Of a DNA stretch of 55,342 bases, positions 35,743 through 46,576 are shown in pieces. Below the pieces are notes generated by a model. It was not told the DNA's origin. It ran no database searches and saw nothing but the letters and a program-made list of their open reading frames with translations. Both the position numbers and the translations under genes were made by a program. The stretch comes from a virus (lineage: Duplodnaviria; Caudoviricetes), in the IMG/VR virus record IMGVR_UViG_3300020220_000067, positions 1 to 55,342 of that record; one strand, 5' to 3'. Positions within the stretch are counted from its first letter, which is position 1. Each line of letters starts with the position of its first letter.

Positions 35743-38316
35743 ATGATAACTGCAATAGCAATAATAACTTTAGTAGTTGGGGGTGGTGTTTTTTTATACA
35801 AACAACAAACTTTAAGTCATTATGATCAAGAAATGCAACAATATGATGGGTTTTTTACCGATTTAGTTCTTGGGGAATTTTTTGAAATAGATTTTTTTAG
35901 TGGATCAGAAAATGCCGCAACAGCGATGGATTTAACCTATCTCAAAAACAAAAACAGCGGTTTAGAAATCTTTAAAGACCAAAATGGATATTACTTAAGA
36001 TTTCAAACAAGTGATACCGCTACAGAATATGTTAGATTGTACTTACCAAAGGATGAGTGGTTCAAACAATTTAATGGGGTTGTAAAATCGTTTAAAGATA
36101 GAGAATCTGAAGGTAGTGAACTACAAAATAAATTCTCATTGTTGTTTTATTTGAAATACCCAAGCAGTTCAATAAGAACTAAACAAGTTGACGAAAATGG
36201 AAAAGAATTTTATGGTCCTTTAGGTGGTAATGTTGATGCCAGTAGGGGTTGGGATGTTTATAACAAATATAAAGTTTCAGGTTATTTTTCACTCGAGGGT
36301 AATAAAATACGAAAAAAAGTGGAGGTTACAGAATCTTTTTTACCGCAAAACAATACTAAATTTATTGGCGAAGAAATAATAACTCAATATCAATTGGATG
36401 CTCAAAGAAGAGAAATAGAATATCAATCACAACAAAGAGAAAAACAAAACTTATTATCAAAAGTTAATGAAGCACAAATACAAACACCTGGCGGTTTAGC
36501 CGAATATACATATCAATCAGATGAATACGGAAAAAGCGATTTTGATGTTTGGTATGACAGCTCTCAGGGAACCCTTATCATTATTGGGGTTCAAATTGCT
36601 GTAGGTATTTTGACATCTGGTGTAGGTAATGAAATTATGTTAGGTTGTGAAACTTATGCTTGGGGTACAGCGGTAAAGGCCGGTATTGTAATTGGGGGAG
36701 AACTTGTTGTAGGATTGCCAGAAGCTCTATATCTTTACAATAGAGGATACACATCAATTGCCGGTTTAGTTACGTTATGTTGTTTTATACCACTAATAAC
36801 AGAATTCAAATTGGGAAGAATGATTTTGAATTTACAACCCGGTAACACCGAAATTTTATTCAGGTTGGTAAAAGAAAGTAAAACTTGGAGAACCCCAAGA
36901 GAATTTTTAACTTTTATGAAAGGTTTATCAGAAATCGAACAAAAATTTATTGCAGAACATTTATCGGCACTTGCAGTATATTATTCTAAAAATGGAACTA
37001 AACAAATTGTTGAAGAGGCTTCAAAAAAATTAGTACAAGAGTTTGAAAGTTTGGCAAAAAAAACTTCAAAAGTATCTGCTATTAAAACAGAAAAAGAATT
37101 AATTCAAAGATTACAAAATACTTTTCGTAAAGTTTCTAAATTACAAAAAGGAGGAAGATTTGCGGCCTTAGAAACTTATAAATTCAATCAATATCCTATA
37201 TTAAGTAGTTTAGGATTTACAACAGGTACAATTTTAGTAATGATGTTAGGTTGTGTTGTTTTTATTGAAAACGACGATAATCTCTTGAGAGATCCGAATG
37301 GTCTAATTGGTAAGTTGGAAAAAGGGGTACAATATTTTGCAAAAGAAGTTCCTAAAGCAAAAGAACTTTTACAACAAATGGCTAATCTTTGTACATCGTC
37401 ATTTAACACCGCAATGACAAATCCAACAGAAGAAAACTTGAAAAAAGCAGTAGAAGTTAATAAAAGTTTTTACATAGTGTTAAACAACTTATCTATTTTT
37501 TATAATTCAGGCCAATTGAATGGTTGGGCTAATGCGGACTTTACTAACGAAAAAAGAAACGATACAAATAGACAGGCATATTCATTACTTTTAAAACTAC
37601 AATGTTTACTTGTAAACAATATTATTCAAAAAAATGAAGACGAGAAAAGACAGGGTTTAAAAGAACAAACTGAGGATGATTTTGATGATTTGACAGTTGT
37701 TGTTGCAGACAAAGAATTAAGTGAGTTGGAAAAAAAACAACTCGAGGGGTACAAAGTAAATATAGGAGGAACATTATATCCCAAAAAAGGAATATATTAT
37801 ACGATTGATGCAGAACAAGTGAATTTTGAAAAAAGTGATTTTGATCAATTTTTATTTTGGTTAATTGGTGTGAAAGATTGTTCAGTAGTAAACACAACAC
37901 CTTGGTTTAGTAATCAAAAAGACGGATTTTCTTGGAGTTATTATTTGTATAAAAGTAAAGATGAAAATGGAGAAATGGTTTTTTACCCAAAAACTCTCAC
38001 TTTCCAATATGGGCCAACTCAGTTAAAATATGTTATTGGTGATTACCAAAATATGTGTAAAAAATTTGATAGAAGTACTTTAGATAGTGATTTTTATAAT
38101 TGTTGTTTTATTAGAGCTCTTTATACAAATTATTTTGACAATTGGATCTTAAGTGATGACTATAAACAATGGCAATCAAAAAAATCAACAAGTCAAAATG
38201 ACGAAATACCCAAAGAAAAAACGTTAGCGAACAATGATTTAACAAATCAAACTGATGTCAACACAACCAAACCAATAGAAGATAAAAATACGACAGTTAT
38301 AAAAGATAAAACATGA
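35743..38316 (+). CDS. Large protein with several hydrophobic helices
   Basis: 857 aa; N-terminal TM and central Gly-rich hydrophobic hairpins. Confidence 0.8.
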   Translation: MITAIAIITLVVGGGVFLYKQQTLSHYDQEMQQYDGFFTDLVLGEFFEIDFFSGSENAATAMDLTYLKNKNSGLEIFKDQNGYYLRFQTSDTATEYVRLYLPKDEWFKQFNGVVKSFKDRESEGSELQNKFSLLFYLKYPSSSIRTKQVDENGKEFYGPLGGNVDASRGWDVYNKYKVSGYFSLEGNKIRKKVEVTESFLPQNNTKFIGEEIITQYQLDAQRREIEYQSQQREKQNLLSKVNEAQIQTPGGLAEYTYQSDEYGKSDFDVWYDSSQGTLIIIGVQIAVGILTSGVGNEIMLGCETYAWGTAVKAGIVIGGELVVGLPEALYLYNRGYTSIAGLVTLCCFIPLITEFKLGRMILNLQPGNTEILFRLVKESKTWRTPREFLTFMKGLSEIEQKFIAEHLSALAVYYSKNGTKQIVEEASKKLVQEFESLAKKTSKVSAIKTEKELIQRLQNTFRKVSKLQKGGRFAALETYKFNQYPILSSLGFTTGTILVMMLGCVVFIENDDNLLRDPNGLIGKLEKGVQYFAKEVPKAKELLQQMANLCTSSFNTAMTNPTEENLKKAVEVNKSFYIVLNNLSIFYNSGQLNGWANADFTNEKRNDTNRQAYSLLLKLQCLLVNNIIQKNEDEKRQGLKEQTEDDFDDLTVVVADKELSELEKKQLEGYKVNIGGTLYPKKGIYYTIDAEQVNFEKSDFDQFLFWLIGVKDCSVVNTTPWFSNQKDGFSWSYYLYKSKDENGEMVFYPKTLTFQYGPTQLKYVIGDYQNMCKKFDRSTLDSDFYNCCFIRALYTNYFDNWILSDDYKQWQSKKSTSQNDEIPKEKTLANNDLTNQTDVNTTKPIEDKNTTVIKDKT

Positions 38317-38371
38317 CATATCAATTATTGGGAAATTACTAATGATTGATATATTTATTAATAAAGTTTAT

Positions 38372-40468
38372 ATGAAATATTTTTTAAATGAAGAAATAAA
38401 AAGAAGTTTGGTTCTTATGGGTTTACCTGAAAGAATTTCACATAGATTATCTGAAGCCATTTCTGCTGCAGCCTCAACCAATCCAATCTTGGAATTTATG
38501 GCGATTTTGAAAACGGCAATGAAAAAAGGGGACGTAGAAGTTTTAACTGCGGAAGAGAGAAGGGCAATCGCGGCATTTGCTGATGAACTACAGGGTCAAA
38601 AAGTCATAGATGATTTTGGTGATGTGGGAGAAAGATTGACAAAAGATCAGTTGACAATACTTAAAAATTATTTTAGTGGGACAAGTATTGGTAAAGGTGT
38701 GGACATTGCTTATGCTTCTATGATATACCATAATACAAGTGCATCTATAAGATACTTAGAGGTTGAAGAAGAAATATTCGAATCATTAGAAAGACAATTA
38801 GCAGAAGTAAGTGATAACTCTACTGAAGAATTAAAAACAGTAAGAGATTTATTTGATGCCGCAAAAGACAATGAACTTAGTCCTGCGGTAAGGGCGGAAC
38901 TTGCAGAAAAAGCTAAAGTAGTTGCTGCTAAATTGGAAGAAGACAATATCTACAAAAAATTGATACTTGACACTGCAGATAATGAGGCGGCAAAGGCCGA
39001 ACGACAAGCCAAAAATGGTAATGTGTACTTGGTCACTGATGATGAGATTGCAAAAGTCACTGACGAAGGAATACAACAATTAAAAGATGCTGCTGATACA
39101 GGCCTTTCTAAAATGGAAGACGAGTTTGGGGACATTGTTTTTAGAGGAACCGAAGATTTAGAAGAAGAAATTGGTGAAGAAGAAGCTGTTAGTTTAGAGG
39201 AGGCGGCACAAAAAGCATTCATGGAAAGAATGAATCAAACTTGTAAGTCAAAATTTTGCGGAACTATGTATGCTTACTGGAAAGGGAAGTCGCCAAAATT
39301 TGACTCGATGTGGGACATCATGGTTAAAGAACTAGAAAAAATGATGAGAACCTCAACAGGGCAAAGTTTGAGTAGAATACCAAAAGAAACTGAAGATACA
39401 TATAATATTATATTAAAAAAATTCAAAGAAGGTAATACACCTTTAACATTGGATCAGTACATGACTTTAGGTCAAAAAGTTTATGATAAATGGTCCAAAG
39501 GTGGTATTTGGGAAAGATTTAGTTTGTCAGGTTTATTTGGTACAGGAAGACAAAGTATGGTCACTTTGGGAAGATTTAGTTTGGGTTCGGATTTGTATAC
39601 AGGTAAATGGACATTAAAAAGCTCCATCAAAAGATGGGCACCTTTCAACGCTTTATGGTTGTTATGGTCAATTGGGGTTGGTGTTTATGAATTGAAAGTT
39701 GGAAGTGACGACCCAAATAAAACGACTGAAGATATTTTAAGAGAAGCGGTTGTAGATTGGGTAAAAAATTCCGTTGCAACGGGTTTTGGTTTAGCTTTTG
39801 CACCAAGATTAGCAATGGAGGGTTTAATAGAGGGATTCCAATTTCTTTTACCTCCAAGTACATACGTAAATAAAGAAGATTTGATTGAGTATCTAAAAAA
39901 GAACTCATTATCTTCCCAAGGAACCGCTTGGACAATTTTAGAGATAAATGATAATATTTTTAATAAGAAAGGTGTTAAAGTTTATTTTGGGCCAGATGAC
40001 GAACCACCAATAACGCAAATCACTGGAATTAAAGACCCGGCATATTCTATGGCAAATGGTAGATATTATTTTGAAAAAACGGGAGATTTTTCTTATAAAT
40101 TAGTTTTTATACCTGAAGGTCAGAAAAAACCAAAAGTAGAGGAGGAAAAAACAGATGAGTTGGATAAAAAATCGATTGAAACTATTGAGAATCAAATTGC
40201 AACAAATTCGGTTTTATCTCAATTTATAAAAGACCGTTTGACAGGTATAATTAAAAGTCATAAAAAACATATTGATTTCAAATCACAGAAAAAAATGTCA
40301 CAAGATGACGGTAGTCAAATCATTGCACTAATTTTTGAATGGAAAGACAAGGACACTGATCAAAGTTATAAATTCGCCTTTAATTACACAAAATTTAAAT
40401 CAATGAATAATCCCGATTTGAAAAACCAAGAAAATTGGGCTCAACTAGTAAGAGAATATAAAGAATAA
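38372..40468 (+). CDS. Large helical protein with leader and TM segments
   Basis: Likely ATG 38372 after TATTTAT; MKYFLNEEIKRSLVLMG...LSE. Confidence 0.8.
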   Translation: MKYFLNEEIKRSLVLMGLPERISHRLSEAISAAASTNPILEFMAILKTAMKKGDVEVLTAEERRAIAAFADELQGQKVIDDFGDVGERLTKDQLTILKNYFSGTSIGKGVDIAYASMIYHNTSASIRYLEVEEEIFESLERQLAEVSDNSTEELKTVRDLFDAAKDNELSPAVRAELAEKAKVVAAKLEEDNIYKKLILDTADNEAAKAERQAKNGNVYLVTDDEIAKVTDEGIQQLKDAADTGLSKMEDEFGDIVFRGTEDLEEEIGEEEAVSLEEAAQKAFMERMNQTCKSKFCGTMYAYWKGKSPKFDSMWDIMVKELEKMMRTSTGQSLSRIPKETEDTYNIILKKFKEGNTPLTLDQYMTLGQKVYDKWSKGGIWERFSLSGLFGTGRQSMVTLGRFSLGSDLYTGKWTLKSSIKRWAPFNALWLLWSIGVGVYELKVGSDDPNKTTEDILREAVVDWVKNSVATGFGLAFAPRLAMEGLIEGFQFLLPPSTYVNKEDLIEYLKKNSLSSQGTAWTILEINDNIFNKKGVKVYFGPDDEPPITQITGIKDPAYSMANGRYYFEKTGDFSYKLVFIPEGQKKPKVEEEKTDELDKKSIETIENQIATNSVLSQFIKDRLTGIIKSHKKHIDFKSQKKMSQDDGSQIIALIFEWKDKDTDQSYKFAFNYTKFKSMNNPDLKNQENWAQLVREYKE

Positions 40469-41913
40469 TGAAATTTAAAAATATTTTAATTTTAGAAGAT
40501 CTAGGTTGCGACGATTCAAAATGTGATGGTGGATTCACAACTTGTGCGGGACAAACAAGTAAATGTGAAAAATTAAAAAACGATCCAGATTTTATTGTTT
40601 GTGTCAATCGAGGAACACAAGTTGCTGAAAAATTTTGTAAAAAAAAGGTTAATGTTATAACTCCACCAACACCGAGTCCTGGTAAAAAATGTTCACAACC
40701 AGAAGATTGTCCTGCTGATGTAGTAAATTTTTTAACTTGGTATTGGAAAGATAAAAAATGGGTAGACGCAAGTGGAAATCCTGACTCATTAAAACATCCA
40801 GACCAGATTAACGGGGTCAATCTCAAAGCTGATGGGTGTGTATCATCTACATTTTCAAGAAATTTTGAGGATGCCAAAAAAAGGTACACTACAACACATA
40901 AATGTGTTGCAGGACCAACAAAAACTGAAGGACTGAAAAGAGCATATTCTGAAAATAAGGAAAAATATCTCAAAACAGTAAGTCCTACAATTATTGATGA
41001 TCCCGATGCTTCGGCAAAAGAAGAATGTACGAAAAAAGGAGGTACTTTTGATCCTAAAACAAAAGAATGTAAAATGCCAATAAATCCTGGTGTGCAAAAT
41101 TTTAGGATCGAGTTTGACACTAAATTTGGAGGTTTAGTTGACAAATTCAAACTAGATCCTGAACAATGGGATCGGATGTATGACACAATGCCAGAAACAT
41201 ATCCACCAACAAGTTTTTCAGTTTTGAGTGCGATAACCAAAAACATAGTTTCTTATATTGAAGATTTTTATGCGTCATCAGAATTTGGAATTTTCAAACA
41301 AGTTTTAGACACTTTTGTCGAATTATATAGTAATAAGGTAGATGAAAAAGGAACAGTGACCGACGATAAAAGTAAAATCTTGGACCCATCTTTTTTCAAA
41401 AGATTCGGAGGTACTGTAGATGAGGTTAAACAGTTATCAACTAGTATAGAAACTGTAAATAATGTAAAAATTACAAAATTAAACTACAATTCTTTGATGG
41501 ATCCTGAAGCATCATACCAAAACATGTTTTCACAAAAAATTGTGACTGTGTTAGCATCTCCTGAAAGCTACTTCACTAAACCATTAAAAATGTATGCGTG
41601 GAAAAAAAACAGTTTTGGGGCTCTTCCGAAAATTGACCTTACTCCAATCGATAATGTTTTGAAAAGTGAAATAACCGAAAAAAATTGTGAAACACTTTTG
41701 GACACATTTGGGTATTATAAATCAAATCCACTAATACCTCGACAAAAAATTGAGGAAATGGTTACTATGGGTCAAACGTGTCTATGTAAAAATAAATTTA
41801 TGGAGATAGGAAAACTAACGGGTAAAGATAAATTTAGTAGAGAAAAAAAAGAATTGGCAAAAAAAAGATTAGGGATTTTAAATAACATGGGGGTTTCTAA
41901 ACTGAATTGTTAA
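40468..41913 (+). CDS. Cys-rich hypothetical protein
   Basis: 481 aa; MKFKNILILE-D. Confidence 0.8.
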   Translation: MKFKNILILEDLGCDDSKCDGGFTTCAGQTSKCEKLKNDPDFIVCVNRGTQVAEKFCKKKVNVITPPTPSPGKKCSQPEDCPADVVNFLTWYWKDKKWVDASGNPDSLKHPDQINGVNLKADGCVSSTFSRNFEDAKKRYTTTHKCVAGPTKTEGLKRAYSENKEKYLKTVSPTIIDDPDASAKEECTKKGGTFDPKTKECKMPINPGVQNFRIEFDTKFGGLVDKFKLDPEQWDRMYDTMPETYPPTSFSVLSAITKNIVSYIEDFYASSEFGIFKQVLDTFVELYSNKVDEKGTVTDDKSKILDPSFFKRFGGTVDEVKQLSTSIETVNNVKITKLNYNSLMDPEASYQNMFSQKIVTVLASPESYFTKPLKMYAWKKNSFGALPKIDLTPIDNVLKSEITEKNCETLLDTFGYYKSNPLIPRQKIEEMVTMGQTCLCKNKFMEIGKLTGKDKFSREKKELAKKRLGILNNMGVSKLNC

Positions 41914-41934
41914 CCAAATTAATTTATTATTTTT

Positions 41935-41969
41935 AAAAAAGGGTTATTTATTATAATAACCCTTTTTTT
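41935..41969. terminator. Terminator-like hairpin
   Basis: AAAAAAGGGTTATT-N6-AATAACCCTTTTTT. Confidence 0.7.
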
Positions 41970-43028
41970 ATGGTTTCAATAATTATAACCGCTTTTAACA
42001 ATCCCAACTATATTCATGAGTGTTTAGATTCAGTCATTAGATCCTGTAAAGATATCGAGTATGAAATACTCTTAGGAATTGATTCATGTGAGACAACATT
42101 GAAGTCGGTTATGGAAAGATATACCACATACCCAAATTTAAAAATATTCTTTTTTGAACAGAGGAATGGGACTTATATTACAAAAAATTCTTTAGTGGAA
42201 GAAACAAAATTTGAAAACATAATTTTTTTCGACTCTGATGATATAATGACAAATAATATGGTCAGTGATGTTCTTCATTTTTTAGATAAAGAAATTGATT
42301 CAGTTAAACCAATGTCCTTTATATTTAAAAACCAAGCAGAGTTAGAAAGTTTGGATATGTCAAAAAAAAGAAACACTTATGGTGAAGGTGTTTTTGCAAT
42401 CAAAAAAGAAGTTTTCAAAAAATTAAACGGATTTGAACCTTGGGTTTGTGCCGCAGATTCTGAGTTTCAATGGAGATTAAACAAAAATGGATATAAAATA
42501 CAATACTCGCCAAGAATTTGTTTTTTATATAGAGTTCATGGTGAAAATTTGACAGCAACAAAAGAAACTGGAATGAAATCTAGTTTAAGACAGAGATATT
42601 CACATATTATTAGACAAAAGCTCAAAACAAACAATTTTGAACCTTTAGAAAATATGGTAGTTGCAAATAAAATAGAAGTTAATGAGACAAACTACAATAA
42701 TTTTAGAATTTATAAAGTTACTGATGTTGAGTTTTATAACAAAATCAACGAACAAGAAGAAAATAGATTACAGGTAATTCAAAATATATTCGGAAAAGAA
42801 CCAAGAAAAATTGTAGAAAAGACACAACCAAAAAATGGACCTAAAATAGTCGATATATTTAAATTCAAACCAAATAGAAATATCAAAAGAGAAGAAGAAA
42901 GAAATAATCTAAGAAATGAAATTATTGAGACAAAAAATAATCAATCAAGACAAATTTTAGTGTCAAATATTCAAGACAAACCAAACAGAAGAGTAAATCT
43001 TCCAAACATAAACTTAAGAACTCCTTAA
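41970..43028 (+). CDS. Glycosyltransferase family 2 with basic C-terminal tail
   Basis: VSIIITAFN, FFDSDD, GFE...ADSEF motifs. Confidence 0.85.
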   Translation: MVSIIITAFNNPNYIHECLDSVIRSCKDIEYEILLGIDSCETTLKSVMERYTTYPNLKIFFFEQRNGTYITKNSLVEETKFENIIFFDSDDIMTNNMVSDVLHFLDKEIDSVKPMSFIFKNQAELESLDMSKKRNTYGEGVFAIKKEVFKKLNGFEPWVCAADSEFQWRLNKNGYKIQYSPRICFLYRVHGENLTATKETGMKSSLRQRYSHIIRQKLKTNNFEPLENMVVANKIEVNETNYNNFRIYKVTDVEFYNKINEQEENRLQVIQNIFGKEPRKIVEKTQPKNGPKIVDIFKFKPNRNIKREEERNNLRNEIIETKNNQSRQILVSNIQDKPNRRVNLPNINLRTP

Positions 43029-43071
43029 TTTAATATTTATTTATATAGGTGTTTTATTTAAATTTTTTAAT

Positions 43072-43716
43072 ATGGCAAACGGAGTATATAAAATGACTGA
43101 GGATTTTGAAAAGGCTTTAAGTGACTACACTAAAGCTCCTTACGTTGTAACTTTAGATAATCAGAGTAATGGACTTTTTTTATCTTTATATTATGAAAAA
43201 AATATAACCAAAAAAATTGAATCTAAAAAAATAGGAATTCCATGTAGAACCTACCCATCCGTACCGTGTGAAATTATACATGCAGGATTAAAAGTTGACT
43301 TCAAACCGGTGAAAGGTAAAACTATTAAAGGGGCGTATAATTTAGAAGGAAGTAAGGTTTGGGATTCTGCTTTAAGTTTCACTTACAATATGTATAAACC
43401 AAACACACATATGTGTATATCTTTTACAGGACCTTACAAACATTTCAAACTTTCCAAAGGTGGGGCTATTTTAACAGATGACTACGATGCGTATCTTTGG
43501 TTCAAAAGAGCTAGATATAGTGGTAGACGAGAGTGTTCTTATCATGATGATCATTTTGACACGTTGGGTTGGAACTTTTATATGATGCCTGAATTAGCCA
43601 CAAGGGGTTTATTACTTATGAACCAATTTTATAATACAGACGGAACACCTAAACATAATGAGGATTTAGAATTACCTTATCCTGATTTATCTAAATTTGA
43701 AATATATAAAAAATGA
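43072..43716 (+). CDS. DegT/DnrJ/EryC1-like sugar aminotransferase (short form)
   Basis: FEKALSDY, TYPSV, DSA, SF...KH...GGAIL and GWNFYM motifs. Confidence 0.75.
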   Translation: MANGVYKMTEDFEKALSDYTKAPYVVTLDNQSNGLFLSLYYEKNITKKIESKKIGIPCRTYPSVPCEIIHAGLKVDFKPVKGKTIKGAYNLEGSKVWDSALSFTYNMYKPNTHMCISFTGPYKHFKLSKGGAILTDDYDAYLWFKRARYSGRRECSYHDDHFDTLGWNFYMMPELATRGLLLMNQFYNTDGTPKHNEDLELPYPDLSKFEIYKK

Positions 43717-44333
43717 GAATGTTACACGAATTAATTATTAAAGATCACTATGATATTGGGGGTCTATGTACAGAATCAAAAGGAAACGTTATAAAAACTT
43801 TAGTGGAAAAAACAAATGCAAAATTCTGTGTTGAAATAGGAGTTTATAAAGGTTCTTCGTTATTATATTTTGCAGAAGCTTTACAAAAAACAAATGGTAA
43901 AATCATAGGAATTGATCCGTATAAATTGGATTCCTTAAGAAACGAAATCCCAAATAAACAAGTGAATGAGTATTTCTATGACGTTTTGTTTAAAGAACAA
44001 AAAACTCTTGATAACATTTACTCAAACTTGAGTAAGATTTTAGAAGATAATAATTTAGGAGAATTAATTACTTTAGTCAGGGAAAAGTCAGAAAATTATT
44101 ATCAAAACATAGAAAAAGAATCAATAGATGTACTGCATATTGATGGTAACCATGACGAAGAATATGTTACCAAGGATATTATAAATTATTTACCTTTAGT
44201 AAAAAAAGGTGGGTACATAATTATGGATGATACTTCTTGGGTGGGCGTTATAAACTCAATCCAAAATCATTTGATTGATAAATGTAAATTAATAAGTGAA
44301 CATTCTGAATTTGCAATTTATATAAAAGAATGA
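43713..44333 (+). CDS. Class I SAM-dependent methyltransferase (Methyltransf_24-like)
   Basis: VEIGVYKG, IDPY, LHIDGNH and GGYIIMDD motifs. Confidence 0.85.
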   Translation: MRMLHELIIKDHYDIGGLCTESKGNVIKTLVEKTNAKFCVEIGVYKGSSLLYFAEALQKTNGKIIGIDPYKLDSLRNEIPNKQVNEYFYDVLFKEQKTLDNIYSNLSKILEDNNLGELITLVREKSENYYQNIEKESIDVLHIDGNHDEEYVTKDIINYLPLVKKGGYIIMDDTSWVGVINSIQNHLIDKCKLISEHSEFAIYIKE

Positions 44334-44334
44334 A

Positions 44335-45096
44335 GTGATGACAAGAGTCAAACAGGCGTTAGTTGCCCCATCTATAAAGTTTTTTAAGGAACGATTTTTA
44401 AAAAAATATGATTTAGTTGAATATCATGACCCAAATGAACCTGCAATTTTTTATGGGGCTTCGGAATCTAGTAATTTTATAAACGGTCATAATAGTTATA
44501 AAATTATCTTACCTTCTACACCAAACGATATACCAAAATTGAATAACTACAATAATACATTTTTAATATGCTCTGATAATTTCCAACTACCAAAAAATGT
44601 AATAAGAAAAAGTATTACTCCAAGATTGAAAAACTATGATGTGTTTAAACCAAATAAACTCGGGGATAAAATTTATTTTTATAGCGGATTCAAAGATGGT
44701 TGGAATTTGAAGAACGGTATGATAAATGAAATACAAAAAAGAATTAATTATGAAATAATTACAACCAACCATTCAAAAATAAATGATTATTACGACATCG
44801 AGTATCTCAAATCAAATTATTACGATAAGTGTTTTTTAAATATAAACTTGACTAATGGTCACGGAATGTCCACAGTAATTGAGCTCGGATTAATGGGGAG
44901 AAAAACGATATTCAGAAACCCAAATAAAAACAATTTTCAAAGAATAGAATTTGAAAGTTTAATATCTTATGAAACTTTGGATGATATAGTGAATATTATT
45001 AATGACGAAAGTAAAAAAATTAATACCATACAAGAATCAATTGATGTTCACAATGTTGATGATGAGTGGTTGTATATAGATTATTGGATAAAATAA
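44335..45096 (+). CDS. Hypothetical protein, possibly glycosyltransferase-related
   Basis: Cluster context; HGMSTVIELGLMG resembles a GT-B C-terminal motif. Confidence 0.45.
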   Translation: MMTRVKQALVAPSIKFFKERFLKKYDLVEYHDPNEPAIFYGASESSNFINGHNSYKIILPSTPNDIPKLNNYNNTFLICSDNFQLPKNVIRKSITPRLKNYDVFKPNKLGDKIYFYSGFKDGWNLKNGMINEIQKRINYEIITTNHSKINDYYDIEYLKSNYYDKCFLNINLTNGHGMSTVIELGLMGRKTIFRNPNKNNFQRIEFESLISYETLDDIVNIINDESKKINTIQESIDVHNVDDEWLYIDYWIK

Positions 45097-45127
45097 ATTT
45101 TAAGTTAATTTAAAAAAATAATAAAGT

Positions 45128-45967
45128 ATGAAGTTAAAATATATTATAGATGAGGAAACATTTGATATAGAAGTCCCTGATGATCAAGATTTTATTTCTG
45201 GCGACAATGAAATTTTATCAAGTTATGAAACAGATATGACTCACAAATTAGATTGGTATGAAAATGGTTTTACAATTGAGAAATTTGTTTCAAAAGACGA
45301 ATTTGCAAAAATCAAAAAAGGGATAGAGGAATCAATCAAAAAGATTGTTGTGTCAACAATTGGTAGTAATGTTGAAGAATTTTCATTGGAAAATTACCAT
45401 AAGTTTGTCACCAACGATACTGATCATTTTAAAATAGTTTCCCAAACCAGAGATCTTTTTAGTAAAGATTTTATGTTTGACATTGATTATTTAATTCCAA
45501 AGTTAGAAAAGATTTTAAATATTGAACTAACTAATTACGATAATACAAATGACTACAAATCTCATATAATAGTAAGAATAAATAGACCCGAATCATCTGA
45601 TTTTAACCCACCACACAAAGACATGTATGAACACTATGATGGAGAGGGATATATACCAAAGTTTGTAAATTTTTGGATTCCTATTTGTGGTGTAAATGAA
45701 ACTTCGGTTTTACCAATATGCCCAAAATCCCATTTAATTCCTGAAAATAAAATTTTGAGAACTAACAATGGATCGACCGTAAACAATAATAAATACAGAG
45801 TTAGGTTGATAAAAAGTTGGGAGGAATCTAACAAGTTAATTAGACCGAAAGTGACTGATAGTCAAGTTTTAATTTTTTCTTCACATTTGATTCATGGGTT
45901 AGCAATTAATAATCAGAAAGACATTACACGAGTTGCTTTGGAATTCAGATTGTATGGAAAAAATTAA
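45128..45967 (+). CDS. PhyH-like Fe(II)/2OG dioxygenase
   Basis: HKD...NFWIPI...PKSH...LIHG...TRVALEFR. Confidence 0.8.
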   Translation: MKLKYIIDEETFDIEVPDDQDFISGDNEILSSYETDMTHKLDWYENGFTIEKFVSKDEFAKIKKGIEESIKKIVVSTIGSNVEEFSLENYHKFVTNDTDHFKIVSQTRDLFSKDFMFDIDYLIPKLEKILNIELTNYDNTNDYKSHIIVRINRPESSDFNPPHKDMYEHYDGEGYIPKFVNFWIPICGVNETSVLPICPKSHLIPENKILRTNNGSTVNNNKYRVRLIKSWEESNKLIRPKVTDSQVLIFSSHLIHGLAINNQKDITRVALEFRLYGKN

Positions 45968-45979
45968 AATCAAAGAAAA

Positions 45980-46558
45980 ATGAAAAAGGCGTTGATTGGT
46001 TACGGAGGACATGCTCGTGAAGTGATGGCCCAAATGGGTAGAAAATTACCATGTTTTGTTGACGATGAGTTTGTGGATGAATATACATTACCATTATCAA
46101 CTTTTGATCCTAAAAAATACAAAGTGATGGTGGCGATAGGGGACTCCAAAATTAGATATGACATGGTTCAAAAATTACCAAAAACAACAAAATATTTTTC
46201 TTGGGTCCACCCAACCGCTCTGATAATGAACAAAGTTAAACTGGGTATTGGAAGTTTTGTCGGGGCGTATTCTATTTTGACTTCAAACATAAAAATAGGT
46301 GATCACGCATTACTTAACAGAGGAAATCAAATCGGACATGATTGTGAAATAGGAAGTTTTTTTTCGGCAATGCCAGGTGCAATAGTATCAGGTAATGTCA
46401 AAATTTACGACTGTGTTTATATGGGTTGTAATTCCTCAATAAAAGAAAAAGTATCAATTCACTCCATGTCAACTATAGGTATGGGGGCTGTTGTAATAAA
46501 TAACATTGAAGATAATGGAACTTATGTTGGGGTTCCTGCAAAAAAATTAAAAACATAA
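45980..46558 (+). CDS. NeuD/PglD-like sugar acetyltransferase (hexapeptide repeat)
   Basis: IGYGGHARE, VAIGD...R, HP.A, IGHD and VGVPAK motifs. Confidence 0.9.
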   Translation: MKKALIGYGGHAREVMAQMGRKLPCFVDDEFVDEYTLPLSTFDPKKYKVMVAIGDSKIRYDMVQKLPKTTKYFSWVHPTALIMNKVKLGIGSFVGAYSILTSNIKIGDHALLNRGNQIGHDCEIGSFFSAMPGAIVSGNVKIYDCVYMGCNSSIKEKVSIHSMSTIGMGAVVINNIEDNGTYVGVPAKKLKT

Positions 46559-46576
46559 ATTGACTAATTTTAAAAT

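Noticed and set aside
40395-41246. 283-aa minus-strand ORF
   Set aside because: Antisense shadow of coupled plus-strand genes; no promoter motif or recognisable features.
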